Source: Clostridiales bacterium 38-18
Lineage (GTDB): Bacteria; Bacillota; Clostridia; Peptostreptococcales; Acidaminobacteraceae
Direction: 5' to 3'
Length of the DNA: 32,000 bases
NCBI GenBank assembly: GCA_001897605.1
Contig: MKTL01000002.1
Span: forward strand, 270,683-302,682
Positions 9,168 to 17,903 of this stretch are shown here, piece by piece (position 1 is the stretch's first letter; every line of letters starts with the position of its first letter). Below the pieces are notes generated by a model. The model saw nothing but the letters and a program-made list of their open reading frames with translations. It did no database searches and was not told the DNA's origin. The translations under genes and the position numbers were made by a program.

Positions 9168-10325
9168 ATGTTTGGGACGCGCGCAATTATAGACCTAGAT
9201 GCACTCACACATAATTACAATTCAATGCGTCAGCTCATTGCACCTAACGTAAAGATTACTGGTGTGGTAAAAGCCAATGCCTATGGTCACGATCTCGTCA
9301 CAATAGGTAAGCATCTAGAGACCTTAGGGGTTGATTATTTGGGAGTTGCAAATATTAGAGAGGGTAAAGCACTTAGAATCAGCGGCATTAAATGCCCGAT
9401 TATAGTTATGGGCTATACCTTTGAGAAGGATTATGATCTTGCTGTAAAGCATGACATCACCCTTACTCTATTTAGCCTTGAAGAAGCGAGGAAATTAAAC
9501 TTAAACGCTTCCTATGATGATAAAAAAGCTAAAATACATCTCAAGTTCGATACTGGCTTTAATCGATTGGGCTATAAAGACCCGGAAGAATTAATCGAAT
9601 CGCTAGAGGCGTGTTTAACCTATGAGTTCATAATAGTCGAAGGTATCTTTACACATTTGGCTCTCGATTCGATAGAGTCAGATGAAGCTCAATTTGCAAA
9701 ATTTGAAGCACTTATGAAACAACTTAGGGAAAAGCATATTTCAGTTCCTTTGAAGCATGCATGTGATAGTATTGCAACGATTGCATATCCGGATAAGCAT
9801 TATGATATGGTGAGATTAGGCGCAATTTTATATGGCTATTGTAGCAGGAAGACCCCTTTTAATCTGAAACCTGTTATGTCATTGAAAACCAATGTAACAC
9901 AGGTGAAAACCTTAGAGGTAGGTGAAGCTGTCGGTTACGATCGCTTGTTTGTAGCGCAAAGAAGGACGAAGATAGCGGTACTTCCCATTGGATATGCGGA
10001 TGGATTACCAAGAAGTCTCTCAGGCAAGGGAAGGGTAATGATAAATGGTCTTCTTGTCCCTATTGTGGGGCTCATGTGTATGGATCAGTGTATGATTGAT
10101 GTTACAGAGGCTGGGGAGGTATCTCTCGGAACTGAAGTAACCTTGTTTGACGATACTTCACCGCAGTTGTTAGAGCTTGCCAAACTTGCTGAAACCAATC
10201 GAAATGAGCTTCTTGCACGTATAGCGATGCGCGTGCCAAGAGAATTTATAGAAAATGGAAGTGAGACTTTTGTAATTGATTATTTAGAGGATAGGGAGAG
10301 TCAATATGGCGACACATCAAGTTAG
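9168..10325 (+). CDS. alr: alanine racemase
   Basis: PLP-lysine motif VVKANAYGHD near the N-terminus. Catalytic Tyr block PIGYADGLPR. Length 385 aa. Confidence 0.88.
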   Translation: MFGTRAIIDLDALTHNYNSMRQLIAPNVKITGVVKANAYGHDLVTIGKHLETLGVDYLGVANIREGKALRISGIKCPIIVMGYTFEKDYDLAVKHDITLTLFSLEEARKLNLNASYDDKKAKIHLKFDTGFNRLGYKDPEELIESLEACLTYEFIIVEGIFTHLALDSIESDEAQFAKFEALMKQLREKHISVPLKHACDSIATIAYPDKHYDMVRLGAILYGYCSRKTPFNLKPVMSLKTNVTQVKTLEVGEAVGYDRLFVAQRRTKIAVLPIGYADGLPRSLSGKGRVMINGLLVPIVGLMCMDQCMIDVTEAGEVSLGTEVTLFDDTSPQLLELAKLAETNRNELLARIAMRVPREFIENGSETFVIDYLEDRESQYGDTSS

Positions 10326-11526
10326 TTCATTAGAGGGGCAGGCCTATCTGGAGGATCCGATATATAAAAGAATTGCCACCAGTAGGTCTTGGTTATTCGA
10401 TGTAAGACGTTCATTTCATCAAGAGCCTGAGCTAAGTGAAGCTGAATTTAAGACTCAGGAAAAAATAATGACCTTATTAAATGAGATGAATATCAATAAT
10501 TATCCGAGCGCAGCGACTGGTGTCTGTGGTGTTTTGCTCAAAGAGGAATCCAGTAAAACCATAGGACTTCGAGCAGATATCGATGCGCTACCCATACAAG
10601 AGGTTTTAGATCTACCTTTTAAATCGCGTATCGATAATGTGATGCACGCATGTGGTCATGATGCTCACACTACCATCCTACTTGGCGTTGCAAAATTTTT
10701 CTCTGAGAACACAGCACTTCAGCCTTGCAATTTGAAATTTTTCTTTCAGCCTGCTGAAGAAACAATTGGCGGCGCTATGCGAATGGTTTCTGAAGGGGTA
10801 ATGAAATCACCCGATGTCGATTGTGTTTTAGGCCTTCATGTCATGCCCTACTTGCCAGTGGGCGCAGTAGAGCTAAGAGAAGGTAAGCTAAATGCAGCTT
10901 CTGATCTGTTTGAGGTTAAAATCATTGGAAAAGCAGCACATGGCGCTTACCCAACAAAGGGAATAGATGCAATTGTTGTGGCTGCTTCAATTATTAATGA
11001 TATTCAAACCTTGATAAGTAGATATGTTTCGCCACTGGACCAAGCAGTTATAACCATCGGTAGAATACATGGCGGTGCGAAGGACAACATTATTTGTGAT
11101 GAAGTTGTTTTTTCTGGTGGTATGCGTACAACTGATGAAGCAACCCGTCAGTTATTAAAAGAGAAATTGCAATCATTAGTTATGTCGGTTTGTAGTTGGT
11201 CTGGTGCAAAGGCTGAAATAAGATTTGAAGAAGGCTATAAGGCATTGATCAATGATATAGGTGTCACTAGGCACTTAAAGAAGGTTTTTCAAAATGAGCT
11301 AGGTGAAGCAAATGTATATGAAAAGGAACTCCCCTCACTAGGTGTTGAGGATTTTTCTTATTTCTTAGATGTGGCTAAGGGCGCATTTTATCATTTAGGC
11401 TGTGGCTTAAAAGATCGGCTTGATGGTGCGCTTCATACGCATGATTTTTATCTCGATGAGGAAGCCCTAGTTTTAGGTACTTACCTACAAGTAAAAGCTA
11501 TTATTGCATGTGCCTCAGATTTGTAG
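10306..11526 (+). CDS. M20/M20D family amidohydrolase (N-acyl-amino-acid deacylase / hippurate hydrolase-like)
   Basis: Metal-ligand blocks RADIDALP, MHACGHDAHT and FQPAEE, plus the HGAYP dimerisation-domain block. Overlaps alr by 20 nt. Confidence 0.8.
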   Translation: MATHQVSSLEGQAYLEDPIYKRIATSRSWLFDVRRSFHQEPELSEAEFKTQEKIMTLLNEMNINNYPSAATGVCGVLLKEESSKTIGLRADIDALPIQEVLDLPFKSRIDNVMHACGHDAHTTILLGVAKFFSENTALQPCNLKFFFQPAEETIGGAMRMVSEGVMKSPDVDCVLGLHVMPYLPVGAVELREGKLNAASDLFEVKIIGKAAHGAYPTKGIDAIVVAASIINDIQTLISRYVSPLDQAVITIGRIHGGAKDNIICDEVVFSGGMRTTDEATRQLLKEKLQSLVMSVCSWSGAKAEIRFEEGYKALINDIGVTRHLKKVFQNELGEANVYEKELPSLGVEDFSYFLDVAKGAFYHLGCGLKDRLDGALHTHDFYLDEEALVLGTYLQVKAIIACASDL

Positions 11527-11595
11527 ATTAAATTGTATTGCGATTGGTATGAATTAAGAATGTAAATAAAATGGTTTTGGTGAGTAGGTGAACGA

Positions 11596-13698
11596 ATGGA
11601 AATAAGCGTAATCAATCAGTTAAATGATCGATATGAAAACGACGAAACGATAACGAGTTTAGAACGAAAAAGACTAATCGATGATATTTACAAATATAGT
11701 TCTGATTCAAACGAACCCAACACAATAGCTAGGTCTCTGGTAAATTTATCTAATTTTCAACTAAATAATGGAGAGGTTGAACTTGCACTTAAGAATGCAA
11801 ACCATGCTTTTGAGCTTTCAAAAAAGCATCACCTTGATAATGTTCAAAGGCGTGTGTGTAACCTTTTAGGAAATATTCAAAGCTATTATGGACGATATGG
11901 AATTGCTCTTGACTACTACCATCAATCGTTGAGAATTGCACAGCATCTTGATATGAAAGGCTCTATAGCCGCCATATTGAATAATATTGCCACTTTATAT
12001 GAAGCATTTAATATGGGTGAGCAAGCAGTAAAGTATTACATTTCTGCTCAGACGGCAGCAAAAAGTGAACACAACTATAAGCTGACAATAATGATAACCC
12101 ACAATATAATCAATCATTATTTCAAGCAAGGCAAGATAGAAAATGTAAGGCAACAGCTAGATGCAATGGGGGAACTCATAACCCATAAATCCGACGTATC
12201 AGAATACAACGCTTTATTTTTGATCAATTCAAGTCGTTACCTTTTTTTACAAGAGGAGTATGAAGCTGCACTTGTTTCATCTAATGAAGCGAGGGCTTTA
12301 TTTCAGAAGGTAGATGATGCCATTGGACTTAGAGAATGTCAAATGATGGACAGTAGAATATATGATGCGTTGGGAGATTATGATAAGGCGTATGAGATGG
12401 GGAGCGCACTTGCTGTTTCCTCTGAAGAAATAGGTGATTTTGACGCTGAGCGTGAAGCGCGATTATTCATCCATCAATTGACGGATAAAATAACTTTCAG
12501 GTCAGGTATTGTAGAAAATTACAAACGGCTTATGGTTTTGGATGAATCCCTTCTCAATAACTTATATGAGATGAGCCTGTACCAAATCGAAGGTAAAATT
12601 GACACCGATTTACAGGAGCAATTAAAACGTGATTCCGATCGGTTGATGGAAAATATGAGCTTTATCAACGAAGTGGCTAAGGACTTGGCCAAGGAGCTTG
12701 ACTACGATACCTTAGTTAAGCTGATTATCACTAAAATGGCGAGCTTTGTTGAATTCGATGCATTGGTTTTAGGTCTATACGATGAAGCAAGGGAGCTTTT
12801 GTATAATCGTATGACCTATGAAAATGGTGAAATAAAAGAAAGCTATGATGTTCCTCTTTCAAATAAGAGCAGTATGGGCACCTGGGTCATTCGACATAGA
12901 ACCGAATATTATACAGGGTATTTGAGTCACTTAGTGTTAGATGATTTTGAACCCTTGAATAAGAACTTTCAGAATATAAGTGTCCCCTATGAGACCATAT
13001 ATTATTCGCCCCTTATTATTGACGAAAAAGTAATCGGTGTCTTTTCTTTACAAAGGTATACAATAAATGGCTATGATCATGCGCAGATAGAGATGATGCG
13101 TGCTTTAAGCTCTTATATTGCAATCGCAATCGCTAATGCACTTAAAACGGCACAAATGAAAGAGCTTAACGATCGATTAAAGACCATCTCTAAGCAGGAC
13201 GGACTGAGTGGCCTCCTCAACCGATATGCACTTAATGAGGATGTCGGTATTATTTTAGAGGCATTTAATCGTCAAAAGAGGAAGCTCTCAACCTTAATGT
13301 GCGATATTGATTTTTTTAAGGAATACAATGATGATTATGGCCATCTTGAAGGTGACAAAGTCATTAAAACGGTTGCTCAAATTTTAAAGGAGACCTGTAA
13401 TGAAACAACCCCGTATATTTATCGTTATGGTGGGGACGAGTTTATGGTTGTTTTTTTAGACAGTGATGAGGAGAACGTTGCCGCCATTGCTCAACATATA
13501 CTAATATCAGTTTCGGATGTAAATATGCCTCACCTTGAAAAGGGAATTAACGGAAAGGTCTCTGTGAGTATTGGCCTTGCCTATTTTGAAGTGAGCAATG
13601 AAGCACTTAATGAGGATGATTTACTAAGAAGTGCAGATATATCTCTGTATATTTCGAAGAGAAAAGGCAGAAATCAGGCAAGAAGTATGAAATTTTAA
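11596..13698 (+). CDS. TPR-GAF-GGDEF diguanylate cyclase
   Basis: 700 aa. The N-terminal half has TPR-like repeats (LGNIQSYYGRYGIALDYYHQSLRIA and similar). The middle is GAF-like. The C-terminal GGDEF domain has an intact active site RYGGDEF (GGDEF at 13429-13443). Confidence 0.85.
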   Translation: MEISVINQLNDRYENDETITSLERKRLIDDIYKYSSDSNEPNTIARSLVNLSNFQLNNGEVELALKNANHAFELSKKHHLDNVQRRVCNLLGNIQSYYGRYGIALDYYHQSLRIAQHLDMKGSIAAILNNIATLYEAFNMGEQAVKYYISAQTAAKSEHNYKLTIMITHNIINHYFKQGKIENVRQQLDAMGELITHKSDVSEYNALFLINSSRYLFLQEEYEAALVSSNEARALFQKVDDAIGLRECQMMDSRIYDALGDYDKAYEMGSALAVSSEEIGDFDAEREARLFIHQLTDKITFRSGIVENYKRLMVLDESLLNNLYEMSLYQIEGKIDTDLQEQLKRDSDRLMENMSFINEVAKDLAKELDYDTLVKLIITKMASFVEFDALVLGLYDEARELLYNRMTYENGEIKESYDVPLSNKSSMGTWVIRHRTEYYTGYLSHLVLDDFEPLNKNFQNISVPYETIYYSPLIIDEKVIGVFSLQRYTINGYDHAQIEMMRALSSYIAIAIANALKTAQMKELNDRLKTISKQDGLSGLLNRYALNEDVGIILEAFNRQKRKLSTLMCDIDFFKEYNDDYGHLEGDKVIKTVAQILKETCNETTPYIYRYGGDEFMVVFLDSDEENVAAIAQHILISVSDVNMPHLEKGINGKVSVSIGLAYFEVSNEALNEDDLLRSADISLYISKRKGRNQARSMKF

Positions 13699-13713
13699 AT
13701 CTTTGTTTAATTC

Positions 13714-13742
13714 TTGACAAAATCATTTTCAATTGATAAACT
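13714..13742 (+). promoter_or_regulatory. sigma-A type promoter of the hyd maturase operon
   Basis: TTGACA (13714-13719), 17-nt spacer, then TGATAAACT, an extended -10 with TAAACT at 13737-13742. Confidence 0.65.
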
Positions 13743-13748
13743 ATTAAC

Positions 13749-13941
13749 AAGATCATGGTCTTGAGGTGTGCCTTTAGGTTGTGATAGTTTGATATTCCAC
13801 CTAACGAATAAGAGAAATCTGAATCGAAAGGCAGGAGCTATAGTGTATCTCATTACTGAGATTATTTTGCGACTTTAGCCTTCTCCTTTGAGAAGGCTTT
13901 TTATTTTATATATACTATACGAATGCTATTTCGGAGGCGCT
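13749..13941 (+). promoter_or_regulatory. structured 5' leader (candidate riboswitch or attenuator) of the TM1266-hydG-hydF operon
   Basis: About 190 nt between the predicted promoter and the ATG. Long-range 7-bp helix TGCCTTT (13769-13775) / AAAGGCA (13827-13833) encloses a hairpin at 13776-13802. A 6-bp hairpin ATCTCA/TGAGAT sits at 13847-13862. An intrinsic terminator follows at 13877-13907. Confidence 0.5.
13877..13907 (+). terminator. intrinsic terminator inside the hyd operon leader
   Basis: 9-bp stem AGCCTTCTC / GAGAAGGCT with a CTTT loop, followed by TTTTATTTTA. It lies 35 nt upstream of the first ATG of the operon. Confidence 0.8.
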
Positions 13942-14202
13942 ATGGAAAAGAAAATTGCAGTTGTAAGTGCTATTTTAGAGGAACCTCAAGAAGTTCAACA
14001 AAGGTTTAACGAAATTATCGCAGAATTTCGAGGCATTGTGAGAGGCCGAACTGGAATTCCGTTTGATCAGTATGACATCTCTGTTGTAACCATTATCGTT
14101 TTTGCAACTGTGGATGAAATCAATAGCTTCACTGGGAAGTTGGGAAACTTAAAACATATTTCAGTAAAAACATCGATTTCTAAAAAGACAATCGAAGAGT
14201 AA
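13942..14202 (+). CDS. TM1266-family putative iron-only hydrogenase system regulator (ACT/NikR-C-like small protein)
   Basis: 86 aa starting MEKKIAVVSAILEEPQ. The family is recalled as the small protein usually encoded upstream of hydG. Start set at ATG 13942 (GGAGG at 13933-13937), because the track start at 13888 would translate through the terminator hairpin. Confidence 0.7.
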   Translation: MEKKIAVVSAILEEPQEVQQRFNEIIAEFRGIVRGRTGIPFDQYDISVVTIIVFATVDEINSFTGKLGNLKHISVKTSISKKTIEE

Positions 14203-14217
14203 ACTTGGAGGTAGAGT

Positions 14218-15633
14218 ATGGCGAAGTACGGCGATGACAATTACATGGAAGCAACTTATATCGATCATCAATTAATCGAATCAATTCTAGAAAAGACAAA
14301 AAACGTTACTGATGAAGCAATCGATGCAGTTATTGAAAAGGCAAAGTTTAAGAATGGCTTGGATCTAGAGGAAATTGCGACATTATTACAAGCACACACA
14401 CCAGGTCAAATAAAAAAAATATATGACATTGCTGCTGCAATCAAGCAATCGATCTATGGCAATCGCGTCGTTTTATTCGCACCACTTTATGTCAGCAACT
14501 ACTGTGTGAATAACTGTGTTTATTGTGGCTATAAAAGAGAAAATCAATTTGGTAGAAGAAAATTAACTGAAGCTGAGATTAGAGAAGAGGTTAGAATTCT
14601 CGAAAGAATGGGCCATAAAAGATTGGCATTAGAAGCTGGGGAAGATCCAGTTAATTGTACCATTGACTATATTGTGGATACTCTAAGAGTTATCTATGAT
14701 GAAGCAAGTGAAAAAAGTAATATTCGTAGAGTCAACGTTAATATAGCATCTACAACCATTGAAAACTATAAAAAATTGAAAGCGGCTGATATTGGAACCT
14801 ATATTTTGTTCCAAGAGACCTATCATAAACCAACCTATCTTGAAATGCATCCAAAATCATTGAAGGGCAATTACGAATACCATTTAACAGCCTTTGATAG
14901 AGCACAGCAAGGCGGTGTGGATGATGTCGGTGCTGGCGTTTTATTTGGTCTTTATGATCATAGATTCGAAGTACTTGCACTCATGCTCCACAATCAACAT
15001 CTTGAGGATAATTATGGTGTTGGATTTCATACGATTTCAGTTCCTAGAATTAAGAAAGCTGAAGGCATGGAGCTGGATCAATTCGATTATACAATAGACG
15101 ATGAAACCTTTAAAAAGATCGTCGCTATATTAAGAATTGCTGTACCATTTACTGGAATTATTCTTTCAACAAGAGAATCTCAAGAAATGCGCAAGGAATT
15201 GATTCATTATGGCGTATCACAGCTAAGCGCTGGATCTTGTACAGGCGTTGGCGGCTATAAGGAAAGTGAAGAAGGCCCTCAGGAGGTGGCTCAATTTAAA
15301 GTATCAGATGAGCGCTCTCCAATGGAGGTAATCTCTGGACTTATTGAAGATGGCTTTATTCCGAGCTACTGTACGTCCTGCTATCGAATGGGAAGAACGG
15401 GCGATCGATTTATGAAGCTTGCTAAAACAGGACAAATACAGCATGTCTGTCAACCAAATGCTTTAATGACACTTAAAGAGTACGCGCTTGATTTTGGCGA
15501 TGAAGCATTTAATAAGCAGGTGGATGCATTTATAGATAAAGAAATTGAACGCGTGAAGGATGAAAATACTAAAGCCACTGTTATTAAAGGGATTGAAGAC
15601 TTAAACAGCGGTAAAAGAGACATATTTTTATAA
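14218..15633 (+). CDS. hydG: [FeFe]-hydrogenase H-cluster radical SAM maturase HydG
   Basis: Radical SAM CVNNCVYCGY (Cx3Cx2C). ThiH-like core. HydG-specific C-terminal cluster motif CTSCYR...HVCQPNA. Length 471 aa. Confidence 0.9.
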   Translation: MAKYGDDNYMEATYIDHQLIESILEKTKNVTDEAIDAVIEKAKFKNGLDLEEIATLLQAHTPGQIKKIYDIAAAIKQSIYGNRVVLFAPLYVSNYCVNNCVYCGYKRENQFGRRKLTEAEIREEVRILERMGHKRLALEAGEDPVNCTIDYIVDTLRVIYDEASEKSNIRRVNVNIASTTIENYKKLKAADIGTYILFQETYHKPTYLEMHPKSLKGNYEYHLTAFDRAQQGGVDDVGAGVLFGLYDHRFEVLALMLHNQHLEDNYGVGFHTISVPRIKKAEGMELDQFDYTIDDETFKKIVAILRIAVPFTGIILSTRESQEMRKELIHYGVSQLSAGSCTGVGGYKESEEGPQEVAQFKVSDERSPMEVISGLIEDGFIPSYCTSCYRMGRTGDRFMKLAKTGQIQHVCQPNALMTLKEYALDFGDEAFNKQVDAFIDKEIERVKDENTKATVIKGIEDLNSGKRDIFL

Positions 15634-15643
15634 GTGAGGGCAT

Positions 15644-16840
15644 ATGAATAAAACACCAAATGCAAATCGGGTTCACATAGGTATATACGGCAACCGCAAT
15701 GCGGGAAAATCATCGCTCTTTAACGCGATTATCGGGCAGGATATAGCGGTTGTATCGACCTTTGAAGGTACGACAACTGACCCAGTTATCAAAGCAATGG
15801 AATTGATCCCATTTGGGCCAGTGGTATTTATTGATACGGCTGGACTAGATGATGAAGGTATCTTGGGTTCACTAAGAGTAGAAAAGACCAAACAAATGCT
15901 AAATAGAACGGATTTCGGAATCTATGTTATGGATGGGTCAAATCCAGATATTGATGGCTATTTGCATATGACAGACGTTTTTAAACGCTTTAATATTCCG
16001 CATATGCTAGTCGTCAATAAGAAGGATTTATTAAAGACTGAGGATCAAGTTAAAATTGATGCTTTAAATCGGCCATACGAGCTAATAACTACTTCTAACC
16101 TTGAAGATGTTCACCAGCTTAACGATGAGATGATGAAGCAGCTCAAATCAATCGGTGAGGAAGCGCCTTTGGTAGGAGATTTACTCCCTTATGGCAGTAC
16201 GGTTGTATTGGTTGTTCCAATTGATTCAGAAGCGCCAAAGGGTAGAATTATCTTACCACAGGTTCAGATTATTAGAGATTGCTTGGATCACGGAATTAAG
16301 TGCCATGTCGTAAGAGATACAGAGCTAGCAGAAGCATTGGAAGAGCTTAATAAGGTTGATTTGGTCATTACTGACTCTCAGGCTTTTGCTTCAGTGAGTC
16401 AAATCGTACCAAAAGAAATTCCGCTCACTGGCTTTTCAATTTTGTTTTCAAGGCAAAAGGGCGATATCAATAAGCTGTTAAATGGAATTGAGGCTTTAAA
16501 AGCCTTGAAAGCAGGAGATAAGGTACTAATCTCTGAAAACTGTACGCACAATCATTCTCATGAAGATATTGGTAGAGTAAAAATACCAAAATTGTTACAC
16601 ACAAAAGTAAATTCTGAAATTCAAATTGAATTTGCTATGGGGCATGATTTTCCACAGGATTTGAGTCAATACAAAGCAGTTATACACTGTGGGGCATGTA
16701 TGGTGAATCGAAAAACCATGTTGACTAGAATTGACATTGCAGAGACTGCAGAAGTTCCAATGACCAATTACGGATTGACGCTTGCTTATTTTTCAGGCAT
16801 ACTTGATAGAAGTGTAGAAATATTAAGAGGCAGGATATAA
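15644..16840 (+). CDS. hydF: [FeFe]-hydrogenase H-cluster maturation GTPase HydF
   Basis: GTPase G1 GNRNAGKSS, G3 DTAGLDD and G4 NKKD. C-terminal Fe-S ligands CTHNH...HCGACM. Confidence 0.9.
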   Translation: MNKTPNANRVHIGIYGNRNAGKSSLFNAIIGQDIAVVSTFEGTTTDPVIKAMELIPFGPVVFIDTAGLDDEGILGSLRVEKTKQMLNRTDFGIYVMDGSNPDIDGYLHMTDVFKRFNIPHMLVVNKKDLLKTEDQVKIDALNRPYELITTSNLEDVHQLNDEMMKQLKSIGEEAPLVGDLLPYGSTVVLVVPIDSEAPKGRIILPQVQIIRDCLDHGIKCHVVRDTELAEALEELNKVDLVITDSQAFASVSQIVPKEIPLTGFSILFSRQKGDINKLLNGIEALKALKAGDKVLISENCTHNHSHEDIGRVKIPKLLHTKVNSEIQIEFAMGHDFPQDLSQYKAVIHCGACMVNRKTMLTRIDIAETAEVPMTNYGLTLAYFSGILDRSVEILRGRI

Positions 16841-17764
16841 ATGAGTCGTTATTATGGTCTTAGTGACTATTTAAAATTAAGGTATGGACGAAAGCTTGTT
16901 AAACTATCTATCGATGGTGGTTTTACATGCCCAAATAGAGACGGAACCCTTTCTTCAAAGGGTTGCGTCTTTTGTTCGCTTGAAGGGTCAGGTGACTTTG
17001 CTGGAGAGATCAGCTGTGGCGTTAAGAAGGAAAATCAAGATATCCAAACGCAAATCGACTCTCAAAAGGCACTCCTATCTGCTAAATGGACAAACGTTGG
17101 CTTTATCGCTTATTTTCAGAGCTATACCAATACCTACAAGCCCATACAAGAGCTTGAAGCTATTTATAAAAGTGCATTAGCCTGTGAAGGTATTGAGGGA
17201 CTTGCCATCGCCACGCGACCGGATTGCATAGATGCTTCACATATAGAATTGTTTAAGACGATTGATGTGTTATGGGTTGAATTAGGCTTGCAAAGCATTC
17301 ATGATGAAAAGAATGAATGGCTAAATCGTCACTATACACTTGAGGATGTTGAAAAAAGCACAATAATGCTACAAAAGGCAGGAATACCCGTTGTTCTTCA
17401 TTTGATAGCGGGTTTACCAGGAGAAACCTTTGAGGATTTTATGGCATCGATGGATTTTATTACAAGGATAAAGCCATTTGGCGTTAAAATTCATATGCTT
17501 CATATTGTGAAGAACACAGCACTTTCGCAACGCTATCAGGAGACGCCCTTTGAACTGTTGGACGAAGCTACTTATATTAGGTGGGTGTGTGAAGGTATAG
17601 GGCGTCTAGACCCTGAAATTGTTATTCATCGTATGACAGGGGATGGGAAAAGGGCTGAAGTGATAGCACCAACGTGGACATTTAATAAAAGACATGTGCT
17701 GAACGGCATTCAGAAGTATTTAGCTGAAAAGGACATCGTTCAAGGCTGCTATATAAAGAATTGA
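16841..17764 (+). CDS. TIGR01212-family (YhcC-like) radical SAM protein
   Basis: N-terminal GGFTCPNRDGTLSSKGCVFCS is the atypical cluster motif I associate with TIGR01212/YhcC. It is not the HydE Cx3Cx2C. The ATG abuts the hydF stop (TAAATG). Confidence 0.7.
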   Translation: MSRYYGLSDYLKLRYGRKLVKLSIDGGFTCPNRDGTLSSKGCVFCSLEGSGDFAGEISCGVKKENQDIQTQIDSQKALLSAKWTNVGFIAYFQSYTNTYKPIQELEAIYKSALACEGIEGLAIATRPDCIDASHIELFKTIDVLWVELGLQSIHDEKNEWLNRHYTLEDVEKSTIMLQKAGIPVVLHLIAGLPGETFEDFMASMDFITRIKPFGVKIHMLHIVKNTALSQRYQETPFELLDEATYIRWVCEGIGRLDPEIVIHRMTGDGKRAEVIAPTWTFNKRHVLNGIQKYLAEKDIVQGCYIKN

Positions 17765-17844
17765 CATTATTTGATAGAGTTCTTTAACATAAGAGCCTAT
17801 TTTAAGTGTTCAAGAATAAACAGACACCCGAAAATAATAAGAAT

Positions 17845-17886
17845 CCCCGTTGCTGGACAATAACAGTAACGGGGGTTGGTTTTATT
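17845..17886. terminator. bidirectional intrinsic terminator between convergent genes
   Basis: 11-bp stem CCCCGTTGCTG / CAGTAACGGGG (one G-U pair) with an 8-nt loop. T-rich on the + side (GTTGGTTTTATT) and an A-rich run on the other side. Confidence 0.7.
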
Positions 17887-17903
17887 AATGAGATATCTCA
17901 ATT

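Noticed and set aside
13755-13784. Nine-codon ORF (MVLRCAFRL) in the hyd leader as a possible leader peptide
   Set aside because: It has no RBS and starts only a few nucleotides after the predicted transcription start. It has no run of a regulatory amino acid and is most likely chance.
13888-13941. N-terminal extension of the TM1266-family ORF as given in the track (MRRLFILYILYECYFGGA...)
   Set aside because: It would start inside the terminator hairpin and T-tract at a non-ATG codon with no RBS. ATG 13942 has GGAGG upstream and gives the typical family N-terminus.
13743-13941. Assignment of the hyd leader to a known class (T-box, SAM, TPP, purine, cobalamin, c-di-GMP-I/II, glycine or fluoride)
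   Set aside because: None of the conserved cores I remember is present. There is no T-box GGTGGTACCGCG-like sequence. There is no properly ordered CUGAGA...ACCUGA pair: a lone CTGAGA occurs, but in the wrong context. I left it as unclassified.
16841-17764. Calling the radical SAM gene after hydF hydE
   Set aside because: The cluster motif and length do not fit HydE. They fit the TIGR01212/YhcC type instead.
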